Assembly: GCA_002279065.1 (NCBI GenBank)
Contig: NCKB01000005.1
Location: 280,727-304,726, forward strand
Direction of reading: 5' to 3'
Origin: Lysobacterales bacterium 15-68-25
GTDB taxonomy: Bacteria > Pseudomonadota > Gammaproteobacteria > Xanthomonadales > Rhodanobacteraceae
Length of the DNA: 24,000 nt
Made by a program: the position numbers and the translations under genes. The notes under the pieces were generated by a model. The model worked only from the letters and a program-made list of their open reading frames with translations. It was not told the origin of the DNA and made no database searches. Of this stretch, positions 7,685-14,361 are shown one piece after another. Within the stretch, counting starts at the first letter, position 1. The number at the start of each line of letters is the position of its first letter.

Positions 7685-8434
7685 ATGGCGAGATGCCCGG
7701 AATGCCGAGAAAACCTGACCATCGACGGGATCGGCCATGCCCGGGGCTGTTCCCGCCGCCGCGGCCGCGCGCGCCTCTCGCCGGCGCAGGCGGAGGAGCA
7801 GCGTGAGGAGCGCAGGTTGCAGGAAATGGCCCAGCGCGAGCGCGAGGCGGAGCGTCGCCGCCAGATCGTCGCAAGCACCAGGGCCGCGCTGCTGGATACA
7901 GCGCCTGTCACGAGTTCGAGCCGCTCCGCTCTGGATGACGTCGCCTACAACATCCACAACGCCTATGACTGGCAGGGTCGCGCGGATCAGTGCGTCACCG
8001 CCGTCGTTCGCAAGAGCAACGGGCGTTACGTGGTGTTTGCCCAGCGGTTCATGACCGTCATGGAGGAGTACGGCAGCCGCCACTATGCCGACCATCAGCT
8101 GTCATTCAAGCCCGGTGGAGGCGCGCATCTGCATGCCGAGATGTACGCAGTGCTGCATTACCTGCAGCGCGGAAAGCATCCTGGCCGGGAAATCGAGCGC
8201 ATCGGGGTGAGCAAGCCGATCTGTCCGTTGTGCCGGGCCGTGCTGATCCATCTCGGTATTCGCTTCACGGAGGGGTGGGTCACAACCGAGCCCAGCACCC
8301 ACTGGAGCGACCCGTGGAGCCTGCTGCCGGCAACGTGCAAGCCGCCGGTCAATCCGTGGCGAAAGGACGCCGATCCCGACGAGGACGCCGGAGGAGATGG
8401 CGGCGGCCTCCACGGCACGTCGATCAGGGTCTGA
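7685..8434 (+). CDS. Nucleic-acid/nucleotide deaminase-fold protein (cytidine-deaminase-like superfamily, OTT_1508-like signature), 249 aa; candidate T6SS toxin
   Basis: HAE is encoded at 8132-8140 (aa 150-152). SKPICPLC at 8210-8233 places the first Cys 28 residues after the Glu. This is the H[AC]E...(P)CxxC zinc-binding signature of the deaminase fold. The IGVSKxxCxxC form is what I remember for the OTT_1508-like clade. The N-terminus has C4-x2-C7...H18-x3-C22, a possible zinc knuckle. It is followed by an Arg/Glu-rich predicted helix (RRRGRARLSPAQAEEQREERRLQEMAQREREAERRRQ). Confidence 0.75.
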   Translation: MARCPECRENLTIDGIGHARGCSRRRGRARLSPAQAEEQREERRLQEMAQREREAERRRQIVASTRAALLDTAPVTSSSRSALDDVAYNIHNAYDWQGRADQCVTAVVRKSNGRYVVFAQRFMTVMEEYGSRHYADHQLSFKPGGGAHLHAEMYAVLHYLQRGKHPGREIERIGVSKPICPLCRAVLIHLGIRFTEGWVTTEPSTHWSDPWSLLPATCKPPVNPWRKDADPDEDAGGDGGGLHGTSIRV

Positions 8435-8650
8435 GGCGCGCTCGCATCGGTCGGGTCGGCCGACAGGAGCGGCGCCCTGACGGCTGACAGGAATTCCCCT
8501 CCGTTCACGCACTACCGATTGACAGGACTGCATCGCTCTCCCCTTCAGAGGGCGTTCGCCGGGATGGCATCAGCGGGTTGGATGTCCGGGCCAGGCCCCG
8601 GACGCTTGGTGCGATATGGCGTCGTCGACGCCTGGACTGGCGGGGGAACC

Positions 8651-8959
8651 ATGAACAGCGAACACGCACGTGCAGGCGGCTCGTTGCCATCGGGGCGGCG
8701 GCAGCCGAGGCGCGGTCGTGTCCGCGCCTTGGCGGTGGCGAACGTGCTCGCGGCCGACATCGACATGCCCGGCCGGATGGGGCGGGTCGAGGCGATGAAG
8801 CAGCAGCGGATGGAGCCGCTGGGCAAGATCGCGACCAGGAGCCTCGCCCCCTCGTGCCTGCAACTGGAGGGTCTGCCCTCGGACGATGGCCCGCACGTGG
8901 AGAAAGGCTTCGTCGCCGGCGTCAGGAGCAAGGCGCACAGGCAGTTGCATCTTTCCTGA
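8651..8959 (+). CDS. Candidate small ORF (~102 aa), unannotated; possible immunity gene; strand and start uncertain
   Basis: By hand count, 89 of 102 codons end in G or C in this frame, which is a strong coding-type signal for this genome. GGGGGA precedes ATG 8651. The track ORF 8519..8959 starts at a TTG, and GC3 is weaker before 8651. One caveat is that the antisense ORF 8545..8991 shares the same third positions, so the signal does not settle the strand. The plus-strand peptide looks more protein-like, but no motif is recognised. Confidence 0.3.
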   Translation: MNSEHARAGGSLPSGRRQPRRGRVRALAVANVLAADIDMPGRMGRVEAMKQQRMEPLGKIATRSLAPSCLQLEGLPSDDGPHVEKGFVAGVRSKAHRQLHLS

Positions 8960-9054
8960 CGGGCACGGCAGTCCGCATCTGCGGGCGGCACCCACGTCGA
9001 ATCACTTTGCGGGGAATGTCCGGCGCGGCGCCGGCTTTCCCGGGGAACATTTCC

Positions 9055-9558
9055 ATGAGAGTCAAGCTTGTCAGCCCGTCGGCCGATCTGTCGCTACCCG
9101 AATACTGCGTGGGTCAGGCATCCAGGACATGCGTCTATCCGGGCATCGCGCAGTGCTTCGCGATCGCCGGCTGGACCAAGGGCGGGATGCTCTGCACCCA
9201 CGTCAGCCCCGGTGCGACCAGCGAAGAGATGGCTGCCACCTTCGAGCACCTGCGGAACCTGGGCGGCGACCAGGCGCAGCGCTGGTACGTGGTGGGTCCA
9301 TTCACGGAACACTTCGCCGTGACCAAGGCGCAATGGCGCTCGGTCGAGGCGATCAAGAAGACCTTCAAGCAGTTGAAGAACAAGAATGCCGAGCGCTGGA
9401 TCCTCGACGTCACCGCCGAACGCCAGGCCTTCAGCTGGGGCATCGACATCCAGTCCACGCCTTGCGACTGGGCGCCGGTGATCTATTTCGACTACAGGAA
9501 GTGGGGCTCGAAGGGCGGCTGGACCGACCTGAAAGTCCACAAGTTCGTCCGCTTCTGA
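9055..9558 (+). CDS. Hypothetical protein, 167 aa, with a CheD-like Cys...His arrangement (possible deamidase/cysteine hydrolase fold)
   Basis: Real gene by GC3 and length. Start ATG 9055 is preferred, with GGGGA about 8 nt upstream; the upstream part of track ORF 8578..9558 is Arg-rich junk. The peptide GIAQCFAIAGWTKGGMLCTHVSPG has Cys34 (9154-9156) and His49 (9199-9201). It resembles the CheD consensus lGSCvavxlxDxxxxigGmaHxmLP as I remember it. The size (~160 aa) and a later segment (VEAIKKTFKQL...ILDVTAERQAFSWGIDIQS) also parallel CheD family layout. Confidence 0.7.
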   Translation: MRVKLVSPSADLSLPEYCVGQASRTCVYPGIAQCFAIAGWTKGGMLCTHVSPGATSEEMAATFEHLRNLGGDQAQRWYVVGPFTEHFAVTKAQWRSVEAIKKTFKQLKNKNAERWILDVTAERQAFSWGIDIQSTPCDWAPVIYFDYRKWGSKGGWTDLKVHKFVRF

Positions 9559-9773
9559 TCGCCGGCCTCCCCACTGCATCCGCAGATGGAGTACTTCACG
9601 AATGGAAGCGCAGATGCGGGAGTCACGAGCATGCCGGGCGCCTTGCGCGTGTTCCGTAACAGATCGGGGAGCTTTCCAGTGCGTTGGCGAGGGAGAGCAC
9701 GTCGACGCGGCTCCCCGCGATTCGAAGATCAACTTTTCCCGTTTTTCGATCCATCCATCCGAGGCGAACGATC

Positions 9774-10211
9774 ATGAAACGACTGGCCAAGGCAACCGGA
9801 GCCGGACTTCGGCACTTCTTCGGGGCGCGCGAGAGCATCAGCCAGCAGAAGAACCTGGCGCGACAGTTCAAGGCCGCCGATACGCGGGTCAGCAAGACGA
9901 AGATTCTCGCCGTCATGGGCATGTATGCCGTGTACAAGGGGTCGCCGATCGGACTGGGCAAGAACATCGCCGACAGCATCAAGGTCGGGCGATGGAAGCA
10001 CAGCGACCTGAAACGCCAGCAGGAAGAGGTGGATGCCTTGCTTGCCGGCACCGGGATGTCGCCGCAGGGCATCGCCGCCGTGTCGCGACTGGTTCGCCAG
10101 GGCGCCTCGGGCGATGAGGTCTACGCCAACCTGTCTCCGAACGACGCGCAGATACTCGCGGGCATCGAGAACGATCTGCATGTCCAGGCAGGTCACTGCG
10201 TGAACTTCTGA
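9774..10211 (+). CDS. Hypothetical protein, 145 aa, no recognisable domain
   Basis: ATG 9774 is preceded by GAGG at 9761-9764; the track start at 9684 adds an Arg/Ser-rich leader. The peptide is MKRLAKATGAGLRHFFGARESISQQKNL...; it is mostly helical and charged, with no signal peptide. Confidence 0.6.
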   Translation: MKRLAKATGAGLRHFFGARESISQQKNLARQFKAADTRVSKTKILAVMGMYAVYKGSPIGLGKNIADSIKVGRWKHSDLKRQQEEVDALLAGTGMSPQGIAAVSRLVRQGASGDEVYANLSPNDAQILAGIENDLHVQAGHCVNF

Positions 10212-10579
10212 ACCTCCGGCCGGGCGGTCTCCGGAGCCGGGGCGTCCAGTACCCGGTGGCCATGGGGCTGGCCGCCGCCTCGGTCGGGTCGGCGGCAGCC
10301 GGCCGGACGGATGCCCGCGGCGTGCCTGATCCTGCCGGACTGTATCGAAAGAGCCTGCAGTGAGGGCTGTCCGTGGCCGGCGGGCCGGCCCCTTCCTCCA
10401 CGGGACGAGCGGGATGATCAAATCCACCTGCCTTTTACGCACCTAACCATGGAGCGCCATGCCGGCCCGGTTGCGGAGCGGTGTCGCGGCGCGCAGCCAG
10501 GGGGAGGTGCCGGATGTCCCAGTCGTACCGTTCGCTTGCACTTGCCGCGCGCCGCGACGCGCGCGCGGAGCGCTGAGCC

Positions 10580-10870
10580 ATGCCGCAGCCGGCCGCGCGC
10601 CTGACCGACATGCACGTCTGCCCGATGGTGACGGGGGTGGTGCCCCACGTAGGCGGTCCGATCACCGCCCCCGGCAAGCCGAACGTGCTGATCGGTGGGC
10701 TGCCTGCTGCCCGCCTGGGCGATATGGCGACGTGCGTCGGGCCGCCGGACTCCATCGTGATGGGGGCGCCCACGGTGCTGATCGGTGGGCAGCCGGCGGC
10801 GCGGCTGGGGGACAGCTGCGCCCACGGCGGCACGATCGTGCTGGGCTGCTTCACCGTGCTGATCGGTTGA
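10580..10870 (+). CDS. PAAR-domain spike-tip protein, 96 aa, no extension domain
   Basis: Three PAAR-type repeats are present: QPAARLTDMHVCP, GLPAARLGDMATC and GQPAARLGDSCAHGG. The length is typical of a stand-alone PAAR. GGAG at 10567-10570 lies 9 nt before the ATG. Confidence 0.95.
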   Translation: MPQPAARLTDMHVCPMVTGVVPHVGGPITAPGKPNVLIGGLPAARLGDMATCVGPPDSIVMGAPTVLIGGQPAARLGDSCAHGGTIVLGCFTVLIG

Positions 10871-10880
10871 GGAGGATTCG

Positions 10881-12269
10881 ATGCGATCCGCGACCCGGGC
10901 CATGCCATCACGCCGCAAGCGGCGGCCGCCGCAGCCGTCCGATCCCGCCTTTGCCGGTCTGCTGCAGGAGGCCATGCGCGCCCATCAGTCCGGTGACCTG
11001 GATACGGCAGAGCGCCTGTACGGCGAGGTGCTGGCGCTGCATGCCGCCCAACCGGACGCGCTGCATTTCCTCGGCGTGCTGGCCCACCAGCGCGGCCGCA
11101 GCGACGAGGCGGTGCTGCTGATCAGTTCGGCGCTGAAGATCGTTCCCAGGCATCCGGACGCGCACAACAACCTGGGCAACGTGCACAAGGAATGCGGACG
11201 GCTGGCCGACGCCGAGCGCTGCTACCGCAAGGCGCTGGCCTGTGGACCGGAGCATTACCAGGCGCAGAGCAACCTGGCCGTGGTGCTGGAGGCGCAGGAG
11301 CGCCTGGACGACGCCTTCGAGGCGTATTCGAAGCTGATCGCGCAGGCGCCCACCTACGCGCACGGCTACTACCGGCTCGGCCTGTTCCTGCGCAACTACG
11401 CCCAGAGCGAGGAGCACCTGGAGCAGTCGGCGGAATGCTTCCGCGAATCCTTTCGCCACGATCCGGCCAACGTGCGCGCACTGGAGGGCGTGGGCGTGGC
11501 GCTGTACATGCTCCATCGCCACGACGAGGCTGCGGAGGTCTACCGCCAGTGGCTGGAGCGCGAGCCGGACAACCCGGTGCCGCGTCACATGCTGGCGTCC
11601 TGCGGCGCCGCCGAGGCACCGCCGCGTGCCGCCGACGACTATGTGCGCGACGTCTTCGACGGCTTCGCCGAGAGCTTCGACGAGCAGCTGATCCAGAACC
11701 TCGGCTATCGCGCGCCTGAGGTGCTGGTCGGCATGCTGGACGAGGTGACGCCGATTGCCGGCGCGACGCTCGACGTGCTCGACGCCGGATGCGGTACCGG
11801 CCTGTGCGCACCGCTGCTGCGCGCGCGGGCGCGCCGCCTGGTGGGCGTGGACCTGTCCGGCGGCATGGTCGACAAGGCGCGGCTGCGCGGTGGCTACGAC
11901 ACGCTGGAGGTGGCCGAGCTCACCGCCTGGCTCGAGGCCCATCCGCGCTCCTTCGACCTGGTCGTCTCGGCCGACACGCTGGTCTATTTCGGCCAGCTCG
12001 GCCCGGTACTCGCCGCCGCGTCTGGCGCGCTGCGCGCGGGCGGCTGGGTGGGCTTCACCCTGGAAGCCACGGAGGGCGAGGCCGAGGTGGCCGAGCTCAC
12101 CTCCAGCGGCCGCTACCGGCATTCGCGCCCCTACGTCGAGCGCGTGCTCGCGGACAGCGGCTTCGAAGCTGTCACCGTGCGCGGCGACACGCTGCGGCGC
12201 GAGGCCGGCAAACCCGTACACGGCTGGGTGGTCCGCGCCCGCCGGTGCGTTCCCCAAGACGGCGCCTGA
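10881..12269 (+). CDS. TPR-repeat protein fused to a class I SAM-dependent methyltransferase, 462 aa
   Basis: The N-terminal half has several 34-aa TPR-like units (AERLYGEVLALHAAQPDALHFLGVLAHQRG, AHNNLGNVHKECGRLADAERCYRKALACGP, and others). The C-terminal half has SAM motif I LDVLDAGCGTGL (from 11769), post-I VGVDLS, and FDLVVSADTLVYF. It starts 10 nt after the PAAR stop and ends 23 nt before vgrG. Confidence 0.9.
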   Translation: MRSATRAMPSRRKRRPPQPSDPAFAGLLQEAMRAHQSGDLDTAERLYGEVLALHAAQPDALHFLGVLAHQRGRSDEAVLLISSALKIVPRHPDAHNNLGNVHKECGRLADAERCYRKALACGPEHYQAQSNLAVVLEAQERLDDAFEAYSKLIAQAPTYAHGYYRLGLFLRNYAQSEEHLEQSAECFRESFRHDPANVRALEGVGVALYMLHRHDEAAEVYRQWLEREPDNPVPRHMLASCGAAEAPPRAADDYVRDVFDGFAESFDEQLIQNLGYRAPEVLVGMLDEVTPIAGATLDVLDAGCGTGLCAPLLRARARRLVGVDLSGGMVDKARLRGGYDTLEVAELTAWLEAHPRSFDLVVSADTLVYFGQLGPVLAAASGALRAGGWVGFTLEATEGEAEVAELTSSGRYRHSRPYVERVLADSGFEAVTVRGDTLRREAGKPVHGWVVRARRCVPQDGA

Positions 12270-12292
12270 GCGCACCACGACGGACCCCGCCC

Positions 12293-14350
12293 ATGGCCCA
12301 CGCGATCACCGTTACCTGCGATGTCGAGAGCACCCTGCTGTTCGTGCGCATGCGTGCCACCGAGGGGCTCGGCCAGCTGTTCTCGTACGAACTGCAACTG
12401 CTCAGCGAAAACGCCGAAGTCGACCTGCTCAAGCTGCTCGGCAAGCCGATGGCGGTGAAGCTGGTCGACGAGGACGGCACCACCCGCTACTTCCACGGCA
12501 TCGTCGCGGAGGCCGAGCAGACCGGCTTCGAGACGATCTCCAAGGTGCGCTATGCCGCCTACCAATTGCAGCTGGTGCCAAAGCCCTGGCTGCTGTCGCA
12601 GAAGGTCGATTGCCGCATCTACACCGAGATGGATGTGCCGTCGATCGTCAAGGCGGTGCTCGGCGACATCGGCTATGCCGACGTCAAGCTGAGCCTCACC
12701 GGCAACTATCCGCAGCGCGACTACTGCGTGCAGTACCGCGAGAGCGGCCTGAACTTCATCAGCCGGCTGATGGAGCAGGAGGGCATCTACTACTTCTTCA
12801 CCCATGCGGCCAACGCGCACACCCTGGTGCTGGCCGACGCGCTGGGCGCGCACGCGGCGACCAGTGGCTTCGAGCACGTGCCGTACTGCCCGCCGACCCA
12901 GCGCGGCGGACGCCAGGCCGGCTCGATGTCGCAGTGGCGCAGCGCCGGGCAGGTGCATTCGCTCAAGGTGCAGCTCACCGACTACAACCCGCTCACGCCC
13001 AAGGCCTCGCTGCTCGGCACCGCGACCCTGAGCGGCTCGGAGTACCACGGTGTCGGCGGGCTGGACGTGTTCGACTACCCCGGGCCGCACGACAACGCGT
13101 CGGACGGCAAGCGGTATGCGCAGGTGCAGGTCGAGGCCCGGAACGCATTGCACAAGGCATTCCACGGGCAGACCGACGCCTTCGGGATCGCCTGCGGCGC
13201 GCTGTTCACCCTGCAGGACTTTCCGTTGCAGGCGCTCAACCGGGAATACCTGATCACCCGGACCATCATCGAGCTGGCCGATCCCGGCTACTACGGCGGC
13301 GCGGACGCGGGCCAGGAGCCGTTCCGCTGCGAACTGCAGGCGATCCCCAGCAGCCAGCCGTTCCGCAGCCTGGCCACGGCGGCCAAGCCGCGCATCGCCG
13401 GCCTGCAGACGGCGGTGGTCTGCGGCAGCGACACCGACGAGGACATCGCGGTGGACAAGTACGGCCGCGTGCAGGTGACCTTCCCCTGGAACAAGCCGGA
13501 CAAGCCCGAGGCCAAGAGTTCCTGCCCGGTGCGGGTGGCCTCGCCCTGGGCCGGCAAGAACTGGGGCGCGGTGAGCATTCCGCGCGTCGGGCAGGAAGTG
13601 GTGGTGAGCTTCCTCGAGGGCGATCCCGACCGGCCGCTGATCATCGGCAGCGTCTACAACGCCGACAACATGCCGCCGTACTCGCTGCCGGACAACAAGA
13701 CCCAGTCCGGCGTGAAGACGCGCAGCCTGCTCGGCGGCACCGACGACGCCAACGAGCTGCGTTTCGAGGACAAGAAGGGTTCCGAGCAGTTCTTCATCCA
13801 CGCGCAGAAGGACATGCTCGAGGAAGTCGAGAACGACCACACCGTCACCATCGACCACGACGAGACGGTGACGGTGAAGAACGACCAGAAGCTCACCGTC
13901 AACCACGATCAGACCATGGAGGTCGGCAACGACCAGACCGAGACGGTCAAGCACGATCGCAAGATCACCGTGCAGAACGACGACACCCTCGACGTCACCG
14001 CCAACGGCACCACCAGCATCGGGCAGAAGTTCAAGCTCAGCGCGGGCACCGAGATCGAGCTGGTCACCGGCGCGTCCAGCATCACCATGAAGAGCGACGG
14101 CACGATCGAGATCAAGGGCGTCAACATCAAGATCACCGGCGACGTCGGCGTGAAGATCGAGGGTCAGGTGGAAGTCGGCATCAAGGCCGGCGCCACCATG
14201 GATCTGGGCGCCGGCGCGAGCCTTAAGGCGCACTCGGACGCCATGCTGGAAGTGGCCGGCAGCGCGATGACCACGGTCAAGGGCGCGATGACCACCATCA
14301 AGGGCGACGCGATGACCCAGGTCTCCGGCTCAATCATCATGATCGGCTGA
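12293..14350 (+). CDS. vgrG: T6SS spike protein VgrG, 685 aa, no C-terminal effector domain
   Basis: From ATG 12293 the peptide reads MAHAITVTCDVESTLLFVRMRATEGLGQLFSYELQLLSEN.... The gp27/gp5 modules follow (RVASPWAGKNWGAVSIPRVGQEVVVSFLEGDPDRPLIIGSVYN). A C-terminal beta-helix repeat then runs to the stop (HTVTIDHDETVTVKNDQKLTVNHDQTMEVGNDQTETVKHDRKITVQNDD...). The upstream part of track ORFs 11755/11789 is out-of-frame methyltransferase sequence. Confidence 0.95.
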   Translation: MAHAITVTCDVESTLLFVRMRATEGLGQLFSYELQLLSENAEVDLLKLLGKPMAVKLVDEDGTTRYFHGIVAEAEQTGFETISKVRYAAYQLQLVPKPWLLSQKVDCRIYTEMDVPSIVKAVLGDIGYADVKLSLTGNYPQRDYCVQYRESGLNFISRLMEQEGIYYFFTHAANAHTLVLADALGAHAATSGFEHVPYCPPTQRGGRQAGSMSQWRSAGQVHSLKVQLTDYNPLTPKASLLGTATLSGSEYHGVGGLDVFDYPGPHDNASDGKRYAQVQVEARNALHKAFHGQTDAFGIACGALFTLQDFPLQALNREYLITRTIIELADPGYYGGADAGQEPFRCELQAIPSSQPFRSLATAAKPRIAGLQTAVVCGSDTDEDIAVDKYGRVQVTFPWNKPDKPEAKSSCPVRVASPWAGKNWGAVSIPRVGQEVVVSFLEGDPDRPLIIGSVYNADNMPPYSLPDNKTQSGVKTRSLLGGTDDANELRFEDKKGSEQFFIHAQKDMLEEVENDHTVTIDHDETVTVKNDQKLTVNHDQTMEVGNDQTETVKHDRKITVQNDDTLDVTANGTTSIGQKFKLSAGTEIELVTGASSITMKSDGTIEIKGVNIKITGDVGVKIEGQVEVGIKAGATMDLGAGASLKAHSDAMLEVAGSAMTTVKGAMTTIKGDAMTQVSGSIIMIG

Positions 14351-14361
14351 CGGAGGCGCAC

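Larger units (their letters stand above)
5972..10579. other. Lower-GC accessory (candidate effector/immunity) island inserted between clpV and the PAAR-vgrG spike module
   Basis: Hand counts of single 60-nt lines inside the island give 32/60 G+C (6061-6120), 30/60 (6781-6840), 33/60 (9361-9420) and 38/60 (9841-9900). Core lines give 39/60 (301-360), 42/60 (13561-13620) and 42/60 (20041-20100). Codon choice also differs, with many aat/gat/gga/aaa codons. None of the encoded proteins resembles a T6SS core component. Boundaries are approximate: GC is back to core level by about 10220. Confidence 0.6.

Noticed and set aside
5959-7911. A 650-aa minus-strand ORF spanning the first half of the lower-GC island. 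It is surprising because shadow ORFs should be shorter at lower GC.
   Set aside because: Its third codon positions coincide with the first positions of the plus-strand genes at 6070-6663 and 6814-7563, which is the antisense phase in which stops are rarest. The peptide is Arg-rich and motif-free. The plus-strand genes carry HExxH/aspzincin and deaminase signatures and have ribosome-binding sites.
10214-10236. CTCCGG...CCGGAG inverted repeat right after the stop of the 145-aa gene, as a possible terminator marking the island end.
   Set aside because: It has a 6-bp stem, an 11-nt loop and no T-tract, so it is not distinguishable from chance.
8447-10293. The 14-nt direct repeat TCGGTCGGGTCGGC occurs at 8447-8460 (just after the deaminase stop) and at 10280-10293 (after the last island gene). 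It could mark the ends of a 1.8 kb inserted module.
   Set aside because: A rough estimate for 24 kb of about 68% GC sequence predicts several exact 14-mer matches by chance. The repeat is itself low-complexity G/C-rich, and flanking bases diverge quickly. It is worth a computational repeat search but is not evidence on its own.
10212-10579. The 370-nt region upstream of PAAR, and the 3140-3235 region upstream of clpV, scanned for sigma-54 (TGGCAC-N5-TTGC) or sigma-70 promoters. T6SS operons are often sigma-54 dependent.
   Set aside because: The TTGCA/TTGCC elements at 10536-10546 lack a GG dinucleotide at the required -24 spacing. No convincing -35/-10 pair is visible by eye. I cannot call a promoter without a matrix scan or transcription start site data.
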